The notes beneath the pieces were generated by a model that saw only the letters and a list, made by a program, of their open reading frames with translations, searched no databases and was not told the origin of the DNA. Below, one piece after another: positions 48,197 to 56,343 of a DNA stretch of 64,000 nucleotides. Both the position numbers and the translations under genes were made by a program. Location of the stretch: the NCBI GenBank assembly GCA_051252135.1, contig JBPOGH010000001.1, positions 544,001-608,000 of the forward strand. The letters are read 5' to 3'. Positions within the stretch are counted from its first letter, which is position 1, and every line of letters begins with the position of its first letter. The DNA is from Verrucomicrobiaceae bacterium. Lineage in GTDB: Bacteria; Verrucomicrobiota; Verrucomicrobiia; Verrucomicrobiales; Akkermansiaceae.

Positions 48197-49390
48197 ATGG
48201 CCGAGCCCACAAAACAACACCGTCGGCGCATTCTCCTGGAGATCGAAACCGCAATCGCCCCGGGCCGGGACATGCTCCGGGGCATCGCCAAATTTTCCGG
48301 CGAAATCCATCGCTGGGATATCCACCACAACGCCGGACACTGGGCCCTCCATGGAAGCATTTCAGGCCCTTCCCACATTGAACCAATTTCTCCCGATCGC
48401 CGGATCGACGGCGTCATCACCCGCATCTACGATGAAGACGGACGTAAGCGCGCGCACGACCTCATCTCCAGGGGAATTCCCGTCGTCGACATCCTCGGCG
48501 ACCACAACGACCGCACCCTCCCTCTCGTCCATACTGACGATCACGCCGTTGCCAAAGTCGCCCTCAGTCACCTCATTGAACAAGGCTTCGGACGCTTCGC
48601 TTTTTGCGGCATTGCCGATACCCGGTGGTCGGAACAACGTGGGAAAAGCTTCACTCGGGAAGTCGAAAAACTCGGCCTAACCGCTCCCTCAATCACGGTC
48701 TCCAAATCTCATCAGGAACATGATCAAAGCGATGGCAAGCGCATCGAAGACTGGCTCAATACCCTCACCCTTCCGCTCGGAATCTTCGTCTCTTGTGACC
48801 ACATCGCCCCCCTCATCCTCAGCGCTTGCGCCCGCCTGGGAATTACCGTGCCCGAAGAATTGGCTCTTGTCGGGGTGAATAACGACACGGTCGCCTGTAA
48901 CGTCTGCAGCCCTACCCTTTCCAGCATCGATGCCTCACACTTCGAAGTCGGTTACCGCGCGGCCCGTATGCTCAACGACCTCCTCGAAGGAATCACTCCC
49001 GAATCAAACACCATTCTCATTCCACCCAGCCGCCTGGTCGTTCGCGGCTCTTCCGGGGAACTCGCCATCAGCGATCCCCTCATTGCCCGGGCCGCACGGT
49101 TTATCAATCGAAACGCCGGCAGCCCGATCGGCGTCGATGATGTCGTCTCCTCGGTCCCCCTTTCCCGCCGCGAACTTCAACGCCGGTTCCGCCAGATCAC
49201 CGGCCGAACCATCCACGCCAGCATTCTCGACGCCCGCATGAACATCGCCAAACGACTCCTCGGAAACCCCGAATACACCGTCGATGCCGTCGCGGAACTC
49301 TCCGGCTTCGGAAGCCGCCAACACTTCGCCAAGACCTTCAAAGCCCATACCGGCATCACCCCTGCCAAATACCGCAGGAATAATACGTGA
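48197..49390 (+). CDS. XylR-type regulator (LacI-like ligand-binding + AraC HTH)
   Basis: LRGIA, DGVI, HLIEQGF..FAF, VPEELALVGVNND, PTLSSI, GYRAA, LQRRF, GITPAKYR. Confidence 0.9.
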   Translation: MAEPTKQHRRRILLEIETAIAPGRDMLRGIAKFSGEIHRWDIHHNAGHWALHGSISGPSHIEPISPDRRIDGVITRIYDEDGRKRAHDLISRGIPVVDILGDHNDRTLPLVHTDDHAVAKVALSHLIEQGFGRFAFCGIADTRWSEQRGKSFTREVEKLGLTAPSITVSKSHQEHDQSDGKRIEDWLNTLTLPLGIFVSCDHIAPLILSACARLGITVPEELALVGVNNDTVACNVCSPTLSSIDASHFEVGYRAARMLNDLLEGITPESNTILIPPSRLVVRGSSGELAISDPLIARAARFINRNAGSPIGVDDVVSSVPLSRRELQRRFRQITGRTIHASILDARMNIAKRLLGNPEYTVDAVAELSGFGSRQHFAKTFKAHTGITPAKYRRNNT

Positions 49391-49657
49391 GCTGAAAATC
49401 CTCACCCCACCTTGCCGCTTCGGGAAAATCCTCCGCCCGGAAGCTCAAGCCCTCCCCCACTCTGCAAACGAGTGAAAAGGAACTTCCGCGCCGTCCGGTT
49501 CATCTTTTTTTAAACCTGCGCTGTCCGGGTCAATCGCCGTCTTTTCCCTCGATCTGAAAATACATTGCTAAGTACAAGCCCGTGACGGAGATACCCACTA
49601 CAGAATAGTTAGGGTCTTCGCGCTTCGGCAAAGCTCGATCCACCTGCCTTCCCATGG

Positions 49658-50209
49658 ATGAAGATCGACCACACAGATGAATCTGGAAACCTGGACCTCC
49701 AAACCGGTTTCCTTCAGTTGATGCCTGAACTTAAAGGCTGGTTCAGTGGCATGGTCGCGGACCGTGCCTTGGTAGACGATCTCGTCCAGGAAACCTTCCT
49801 CACTGTATTCCGGAAGCAGGACACCTTCGAAGTAGGCACCAACTTCCGGGCGTGGGTCTTTGCCATTGCTCGCTTTAAACTCCTCAACGTATCCCGGAAC
49901 CCGGCAAATTCTGAAGTGTGCCTGTCAGAGTCCGTCCTCGACGCTGTCCTCCACGACGAATCCCCGGCCCAATCCTGGGATCAGCGCCTCGAATTCCTCA
50001 ACCGCTGCCTCAAAAAACTCGCTCCCCGCGCCAGAGAGGTTATCGAGTTGCGCTATTTTTCTGACTTAAATCCGCCCGAGGTCGCGGACTCAATCAACTG
50101 GTCCACTGGCTCCGTCAATGTGGCCCTCACCAGAGCCCGTCAAGTCCTCGCACAATGCGTGCAAGCGGAGATCGACCACCTCGAACAACAATCCCCCGGA
50201 AAATCATGA
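49658..50209 (+). CDS. ECF sigma-70 factor
   Basis: DDLVQETFL, FEVGTNFRAWVFAIARF, CLKKL..RAREVIELRY, LTRARQVLAQCV. Confidence 0.92.
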   Translation: MKIDHTDESGNLDLQTGFLQLMPELKGWFSGMVADRALVDDLVQETFLTVFRKQDTFEVGTNFRAWVFAIARFKLLNVSRNPANSEVCLSESVLDAVLHDESPAQSWDQRLEFLNRCLKKLAPRAREVIELRYFSDLNPPEVADSINWSTGSVNVALTRARQVLAQCVQAEIDHLEQQSPGKS

Positions 50210-51597
50210 ATTCGGAATCCGAGCATCTCCTCATTCACAAGTTCTTCGATCAGTCCCTGCAAGCAGGCGAAAAGGATGAGCTCGAAGGTCTCCTTCTTTC
50301 ATCTCCTGAAGCCAGGGAAGAGTTTCGGCGCATCGGACAAATTCATGGCCTCCTCCGCCTTTCCTCCGAAATGACCCGGGGCAGAAATGCAGCCGCCACC
50401 GATATCGCCACCCCGTTCCTTCCCAAGAACGCTTCCTCCCGGCCCACCTCACCTGCCCGTCGAAACCTCCTCCTTGTCGCCGTCAGCGTCGCAGCGTGCA
50501 TCGGCATTTATCTGAGCCTCGATTATTCTGCTCGAAGCAAAAACACGTCACCTCCGGTAATCTCAACCCTTCCCGGATTGGCCTCCATCACCTCCAACAC
50601 TCGAATCGAGTGGGGCGAAATCTCACAAAAACCCCGCGACAACCAACTCGACGCCGGAATCTACCACCTCGGATTTGGAAACTTGCGATTCGAAATGGGC
50701 GCCGGTGCCGCCGTCTGCGTATCCGCGCCTTGCCAATTTGAAATCCTCTCGCCCAAAGCGATCAGAGTCGCTCACGGAAAACTCACCGCCCGACTCCCTG
50801 ACAAAGAAGATGAACTTATCATCACCATGCCCGGCCTCAAGCTCACCGACCTGGGCACCGGCTTCGGTGTCGACGTGAGCAAGGAGGGCGAGTCCCTCGT
50901 CTCCGTATTCGAGGGCAAAGTGGAACTCCAGGGACAACTAAATGAGTCCAGCACCATCCTGCAGGCCGGCCGATCGATCAAACACTCCAACACCAAAGGG
51001 CACTCTCTCCAACCACTGAAATTCGACCCCACACCCTTCCGCGATCTTTGGCCCCTGACACTCGGAATCGATGATGCCTCGGACCTGGTCAATTTTGCCC
51101 CTCCCGGCCCACCCGACTCCACTCTGTTCAGCCTCCAGGACCCGGACCATGTCTACCTCTTCCCCGAGCAACAGTCGATCACTCTGGAGGCCCCCCTCCT
51201 CGTAGACCTCTCTTCCGCCGATTCCACCTGGCCGAACTCCGGAAAACTTTCCTATCTCTCCAAAGGCCGCTCAATCAGCAGCTACCTGATCTTTTACAAC
51301 CCGCCCAAGGGCAAAAAAGTCCCGGTGCGCAAACTCTACGGCTCCATCACCTTCAACCGCGAGATCCTTGGCGTCATCTGCACTGCGAAACCCTTGGCTC
51401 TTTCCGACAACATCTTGGGCATCGTGATGCGGAAGCACGCCCTCTCCGCGAATCGTCAGCTCGAAAGCAATGACAGCCTCGAAGGAAAAGTGCCTCATGA
51501 CACCGTGACCTTGAGCTCCGACCGACGCTCAATTCACTTCAACTTCAATGCCCGGGAAGGAATCGACAACATGCGCATCCTTCTCAGCGATGACTAG
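50206..51597 (+). CDS. FecR-like transmembrane anti-sigma factor with unassigned C-terminal domain
   Basis: ATGA overlap with sigma; N-terminal anti-sigma helix, TM (AVSVAACIG), DLGTGFGV..VFEGKV FecR motif. Confidence 0.85.
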   Translation: MNSESEHLLIHKFFDQSLQAGEKDELEGLLLSSPEAREEFRRIGQIHGLLRLSSEMTRGRNAAATDIATPFLPKNASSRPTSPARRNLLLVAVSVAACIGIYLSLDYSARSKNTSPPVISTLPGLASITSNTRIEWGEISQKPRDNQLDAGIYHLGFGNLRFEMGAGAAVCVSAPCQFEILSPKAIRVAHGKLTARLPDKEDELIITMPGLKLTDLGTGFGVDVSKEGESLVSVFEGKVELQGQLNESSTILQAGRSIKHSNTKGHSLQPLKFDPTPFRDLWPLTLGIDDASDLVNFAPPGPPDSTLFSLQDPDHVYLFPEQQSITLEAPLLVDLSSADSTWPNSGKLSYLSKGRSISSYLIFYNPPKGKKVPVRKLYGSITFNREILGVICTAKPLALSDNILGIVMRKHALSANRQLESNDSLEGKVPHDTVTLSSDRRSIHFNFNAREGIDNMRILLSDD

Positions 51598-51737
51598 TCC
51601 TCTTCAAAGAGCACATTCAAGAAAACCCCCCTTTCACTCAAATTGGGAAAAGGCACTCTTGGGATTGGCTTCCCCATAAAAAACTCGTTCGCCAGTCGGC
51701 GCAAAGCAAGACTCCCATCCTCTTTCACCATGCCTCG

Positions 51738-51770
51738 AAAAACAAAGAGCCCCGCGTCGCCGCGGAGCTC
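51738..51770 (-). terminator. Terminator downstream of the PEP-CTERM gene
   Basis: - strand GAGCTCCGCG-GCGA-CGCGGGGCTC-TTTGTTTTT. Confidence 0.7.
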
Positions 51771-51800
51771 CTATGACTAAAGCGTCAAACGAATCACAAC

Positions 51801-52517
51801 CTATCCCCGACGCCGACGCAGCAATCCAAGGGCTCCAAATCCGACAAGAAGCACACTGCTCGGTTCAGGAATGGCAGTAATCGTGAACTGGCTGCGAATC
51901 TCGTCCTGTCGAAAGTTGCCTGTCGACACGGCCTCAAATGTGGACCCCGATGGCGCCAAAGACCCAAAGGTGATCTCACCCAAGTCCCCCACCGAAGCGG
52001 TATAAGTAGCTCCATCAATGGTGAACGAATCGGAATCACCTTGAGTCCACGAACTCATCTTGGTGCTGGCAAACCCATCAAAGTTAATCGTCGCAGCAGG
52101 TCCACTCACTTGGGTAGGCACTCCCATCGAAACTGTAAGCGTGTTTTGACGCACATTCGATGACCCGGCCAGGAAGTTTACAATACCGGGCGTAAGATAC
52201 ACGATTCTGGTTCCACCTGCGCCATCTAGGCCCAAGACCGTAACGATCGAGGTGAATACAGCCCCTGAATCGGCAGTGTCGTCGATCGTAATCCTAAATT
52301 TGAGAAGATCATCTCCGTTGTTCGCAAACTGCGCTCCACTTCCAGAACTCAACATCAAGCCACCTTCGTTCACACCGCCGGTAACATTTTGAAGTACTCG
52401 AAAATCTAAATTTGCAACAACGGTCGCTGCCGATGAACTCTGGCTAAAGAGCATCAGGCTTCCACCCAAAACTGAGAGAGTCTTATTATTCATTTGGTCT
52501 ATTTTTGTTTGTTTCAT
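51801..52517 (-). CDS. PEP-CTERM sorting domain protein
   Basis: Signal peptide and C-terminal AIPEPSSVLLVGFGALGLLRRRRG; start may be ATG 52493. Confidence 0.92.
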   Translation of the reverse strand: MKQTKIDQMNNKTLSVLGGSLMLFSQSSSAATVVANLDFRVLQNVTGGVNEGGLMLSSGSGAQFANNGDDLLKFRITIDDTADSGAVFTSIVTVLGLDGAGGTRIVYLTPGIVNFLAGSSNVRQNTLTVSMGVPTQVSGPAATINFDGFASTKMSSWTQGDSDSFTIDGATYTASVGDLGEITFGSLAPSGSTFEAVSTGNFRQDEIRSQFTITAIPEPSSVLLVGFGALGLLRRRRG

Positions 52518-52654
52518 TGGTTTTCCTTGGACTATTCAAAGCCCGGGAGAGAAACATCTCTTCGTCAAAAGAAACCTTTCCTTGTGTTGGAATCACACAG
52601 TCGAAGACTCTCTTAGCAAGAGATTCAAAAAAATATCTCCGGAGTTCCTCCCCC

Positions 52655-55531
52655 TTACTCTCCCGCGATAATCTCCACGCGCTTCACTTGGAAAAATGCC
52701 TTCTCCGGCCCGAAACCAGAGGGAAACTGCGCCGCAAGGACCGTAAAGCTGGTCGACGCCCCCTCGGCTAGAATCGCATCATCAACCTCAAGCCAATCGG
52801 TCAGATTTTCGGAATAATTGAGCAAATAGACCCCGTCAGGCTGCGAAGCCCAAGTGAGCGTCACATCACCCGACGCATTGACTTGGATATCAGTAAATTC
52901 CGCCGCAATAATCCCATTAAAATCTCCAAGCGCCAACACCGTCAACTTGCCTGTTCCCGTAAATCGGCGATCAACATGTTCGGCCCCACTTTCCTCCGAT
53001 CCATAGGTCCCCGGATTTTGCGGAAAATCGCCAAAGTAAAGCGTGTTCACTGTTTCATCCTGCGTCAGCGAAACCTGCCCGCCACCGGTCAGAATAAGAA
53101 TCCCGGAATCAGAGATCGAATTGCCACTCACTTCAAGAGTCCCCCCGGCCACTGTCGTCCCGCCGAGGTAAGTGTTCCCCCCCGTAAGCGTCAGTTTACC
53201 AGCCCCGGTCTTGATCAAATTTCCATTGCCGGAAACAACTGCACTGACCGACGAATCAAAGCCATTCGTATCAATCACCGCGTCATTCTCGACCACGAGG
53301 CGAATATCACCAAAGGCCCCAAAGACAAGATCCGGCACCGCCTCTGTAATTTGAACCATTCCCCCATCGATCACGACCTGTGCATACCCGTTCCCTGGAT
53401 TAGCCGCTCCCGTCTTGGCCTCTTCAAATCCTCTCGACGTCAAAAACTCGCCACGAATCGTCAGCGTCGAAACCCCATTCTGCGCCGCACCGACCTGAGG
53501 CCCATTGACCTTGATCGTGTTGTTGCCCGTGTAAACAAAGCGCCCTCCTTCCTCGACCGTCAGATTCGCCCCGGCAATATTCCCCCACGCTCGTAAGGTC
53601 ACATTTGCAGACTGATTCCAGACCCCGCCTTCTTTGATATTCACATCACCCGCCCGATGAATCCCAAGCTGACCCGTGCTCGTCACCGTGCCCGCGACAT
53701 TCAACTCAACCACATCGGTATCATCCCCAAGGTTTCCCTGATTCCCAACGAAAATTCCGCCGGGAGCAGTCGACTCTACAATCGCCCCACTCTCCACATT
53801 CAGCACCGCTACCGGATTCACCACCGTCGTCCCCACTTCATATCCCGCATTCGCCAGACGCTGATCGCCCCGAATATTGAGCGTCCCGCTGAGAACCGTC
53901 GTCGCCCCCCTGTAGGAATTAGCTCTTGAAAGGAAGACGACACCACCGTCCACAACATCAATCGAACCATCCCCACTAATCCCACCACTCAATGTCAGCT
54001 CAGAGCCAGCTCCCGCCTGCAATTGAAAGCCCGCTGGAATCACCAAATCCGCCGCCACCTCATGACTTCCACTGATTCCTTGTAAAATCGGAGCCGCACC
54101 ATCGACATCAAAAGTAATCGATGACGTATCCGGACTCCCCGGCACCACTGTAAAACTCTCGACGCTATCGAAGATCAATTTCCCCACCGTCTTATCACCA
54201 TCCAGCGACACCGTGCTCGCCGAGGTGATCGCCGTGCCACCACCACCGAATGAAGCCAAACTTCCCTGTCCATTAGGCGCCGTGTCCGTCGTCCAATTAC
54301 TCGCCATATTCCAGCTACCACCGACCGCACTGTCCCAATTGCTGCCACTCACACTCACCGTCACAGCCACCGTTCCTCCGGTAAAATCAAAGCTGTAACT
54401 CGCACCCGCCGCCGGGTTCGCAACACTCAGCACGGGAGTTCCCCCAAGGGCATTTTCATACTGAAACAACAGGTAGGTGCCCGGAGTCGCAAACGCATCC
54501 TTCGTGCCCAATTCATACAAGCTCACCGAACCATCGTTCATCACCAGACCGTCCTCATCCAAAACATCCACCAGATCGCTCGCACCACCTTCTGAGAGCT
54601 CAAACTCCCCAAGCCATCCGGACTGCAGCTCAAGATTCTCCACCGTCAACGTCCCGACCACCCCCTCGTCCATTGCCACCACCCCTCCGCTTTCCACGAT
54701 GATAGGTCCGCCCGATATCGAACCACCCCCTCCCAGCCCTTTTGTCGCAGCAACCCGATGACCGTTCGTGGGATCAAGATTCAACACCGCCCCAGCTGAA
54801 ACAATCACCTCCTCGGAACTTTCAATCGTCCCGGTCGCTGGCACCATCAGGCTTCCTTCCGTGATTCTCGTGTAACCCGTATAAACATTCCCCGCATTGG
54901 AAACGGTCAACGACCCCGCCCCGACCTTGGTCAGTCCCAGCTTTCGCTCGGTGCCCGCCGTGTTCTCGATCGCCCCGTTCAGCACAATCGCTCCCTCGCC
55001 CCCAATATTAAGATTCTTGGTCCCTACCGTAACACCGTTTCCTCCGGCCACCGGATCCCCTTTCAGCACTCCATTGAGAATCAATGAAGCACTCGTTGAT
55101 TCATTCAGAATGTTGAAGATACTCGGATCATCATTGATTCCCAGTGCCACCGTGTTTTCGAAAGTTTGGTCGTTCACCACCGACGCGGTCATTAAAATCG
55201 TCCCTCCCGCTCTCAGCCGAAAACGATCAGCCCCTGCCCCACCAAATGAATAAGCCGCCGCATCAGTCGTATCGATCGTGATATTTCCAATCGGCTGGGT
55301 CCCCACAAAAGTCACCTCCACATTGCCATTCCCCGCGCCATCAAAGGTCGCCGTATGCGCTCCCGTCGGCACCGCCCCCGAACTCCAATTCGTAGCCACA
55401 TCCCAATCACCATCAGTCGCCCCAAGCCATCTTCCGTCCAAGCCAAATGCGACAGATGCCCCCAGCAAAAGCGAAAGAGCCAAGCCAGAACCAAGTCTGA
55501 ACGGAGTATCAAAAGAAGTCGTTTTCAACAT
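52655..55531 (-). CDS. Secreted beta-helical protein with autotransporter-associated beta-strand (PATR) repeats
   Basis: Signal peptide; LTKVGAGSLTV..NVYTGYT, NSYRGATTV..GTL, LIKTGAGKLTLTGGNTYLGGTTVAGGTL; W..A.NW repeats; no recognisable autotransporter barrel. Confidence 0.85.
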   Translation of the reverse strand: MLKTTSFDTPFRLGSGLALSLLLGASVAFGLDGRWLGATDGDWDVATNWSSGAVPTGAHTATFDGAGNGNVEVTFVGTQPIGNITIDTTDAAAYSFGGAGADRFRLRAGGTILMTASVVNDQTFENTVALGINDDPSIFNILNESTSASLILNGVLKGDPVAGGNGVTVGTKNLNIGGEGAIVLNGAIENTAGTERKLGLTKVGAGSLTVSNAGNVYTGYTRITEGSLMVPATGTIESSEEVIVSAGAVLNLDPTNGHRVAATKGLGGGGSISGGPIIVESGGVVAMDEGVVGTLTVENLELQSGWLGEFELSEGGASDLVDVLDEDGLVMNDGSVSLYELGTKDAFATPGTYLLFQYENALGGTPVLSVANPAAGASYSFDFTGGTVAVTVSVSGSNWDSAVGGSWNMASNWTTDTAPNGQGSLASFGGGGTAITSASTVSLDGDKTVGKLIFDSVESFTVVPGSPDTSSITFDVDGAAPILQGISGSHEVAADLVIPAGFQLQAGAGSELTLSGGISGDGSIDVVDGGVVFLSRANSYRGATTVLSGTLNIRGDQRLANAGYEVGTTVVNPVAVLNVESGAIVESTAPGGIFVGNQGNLGDDTDVVELNVAGTVTSTGQLGIHRAGDVNIKEGGVWNQSANVTLRAWGNIAGANLTVEEGGRFVYTGNNTIKVNGPQVGAAQNGVSTLTIRGEFLTSRGFEEAKTGAANPGNGYAQVVIDGGMVQITEAVPDLVFGAFGDIRLVVENDAVIDTNGFDSSVSAVVSGNGNLIKTGAGKLTLTGGNTYLGGTTVAGGTLEVSGNSISDSGILILTGGGQVSLTQDETVNTLYFGDFPQNPGTYGSEESGAEHVDRRFTGTGKLTVLALGDFNGIIAAEFTDIQVNASGDVTLTWASQPDGVYLLNYSENLTDWLEVDDAILAEGASTSFTVLAAQFPSGFGPEKAFFQVKRVEIIAGE

Positions 55532-55763
55532 CGTGGAAGTGTGTCGTGATCAAATTGGGTCAGGCAGGAAAACCCCACTCAATTAGAATCGTTACCCAGA
55601 CATCCCCGAAACCACTCCCGGCTTAGCAATCGAATTCATTATCCTGCTCATGCCCCGCGCCCGCCGCCCCGCTTAAATCACCTGCTAACTTTTCCATCCC
55701 TCATCGGCAACCAAGCCCAGCCCCAAAGCGCGGACCAACCTCTTAACCTCTCAAGCCATATCG

Positions 55764-55988
55764 ATGACGCCATCGTCTCCTTCAACGGCCATCAATACCG
55801 AAGAATACCTCGCCGGAACCAACCCCACCGACCCCCAATCCCTCTTCCAAATCACCACCGTCACAGCAGGCTCCCTCAAATGGAACACCGTCAGCAATCG
55901 CACCTACACCGTCATGCGATCCTCCACCCTTCCACCTTCTCCCCAAAGTAACCAAATGTTCTACCGCATCCGCGTCACCTTCCCCTAG
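55764..55988 (+). pseudogene. Orphan remnant of the C-terminal module of a secreted protein
   Basis: EEYLAGTNPTDPQSLFQI...LKW...YTVMRSSTL...FYRIRVTFP; no signal peptide or upstream body. Confidence 0.6.
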
Positions 55989-56014
55989 TCCAGAATAGGA
56001 CATCAGAGTTTCAC

Positions 56015-56293
56015 TCAAAGCTCGGCAATCGCCTCCGCCACCCCCTCCGTCTTCCCCTCCTCCGTCCGGACATAAATCTCCTGCAGTCCCTTCTCCGACT
56101 GCATCACCGCCTTCAGCCCGCCGGACACTTCACGCTGAATCCGAATCGCCCCCGTCGCGCCCCCCTGACCCAGCGACTTCCCCCCATACGATCTCCCAAT
56201 AATCACCCCGACCACCCCATCCAGTGCCTCGATCTTCTTTATGAGGACGCGACACTCCTTGGAGGTCGATTGGTGGCGTCCACGGGAAGGCAT
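56015..56293 (-). CDS. Small conserved protein, DUF2103-like
   Basis: HQST..., GAIRIQREVSGGLKAV....GLQEIYVRT resembles DUF2103 from memory; start ATG 56293. Confidence 0.55.
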   Translation of the reverse strand: MPSRGRHQSTSKECRVLIKKIEALDGVVGVIIGRSYGGKSLGQGGATGAIRIQREVSGGLKAVMQSEKGLQEIYVRTEEGKTEGVAEAIAEL

Positions 56294-56343
56294 AAGCGGT
56301 TGAGGGTTAGCCGCAAGCACCCACCCTTTCAAGCCTAAGCCAG

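Noticed and set aside
52582..52599. CRP/Rex-like site TTGTGTTGGAATCACACA upstream of the PEP-CTERM gene
   Set aside because: Spacing and half-sites fit neither consensus well.
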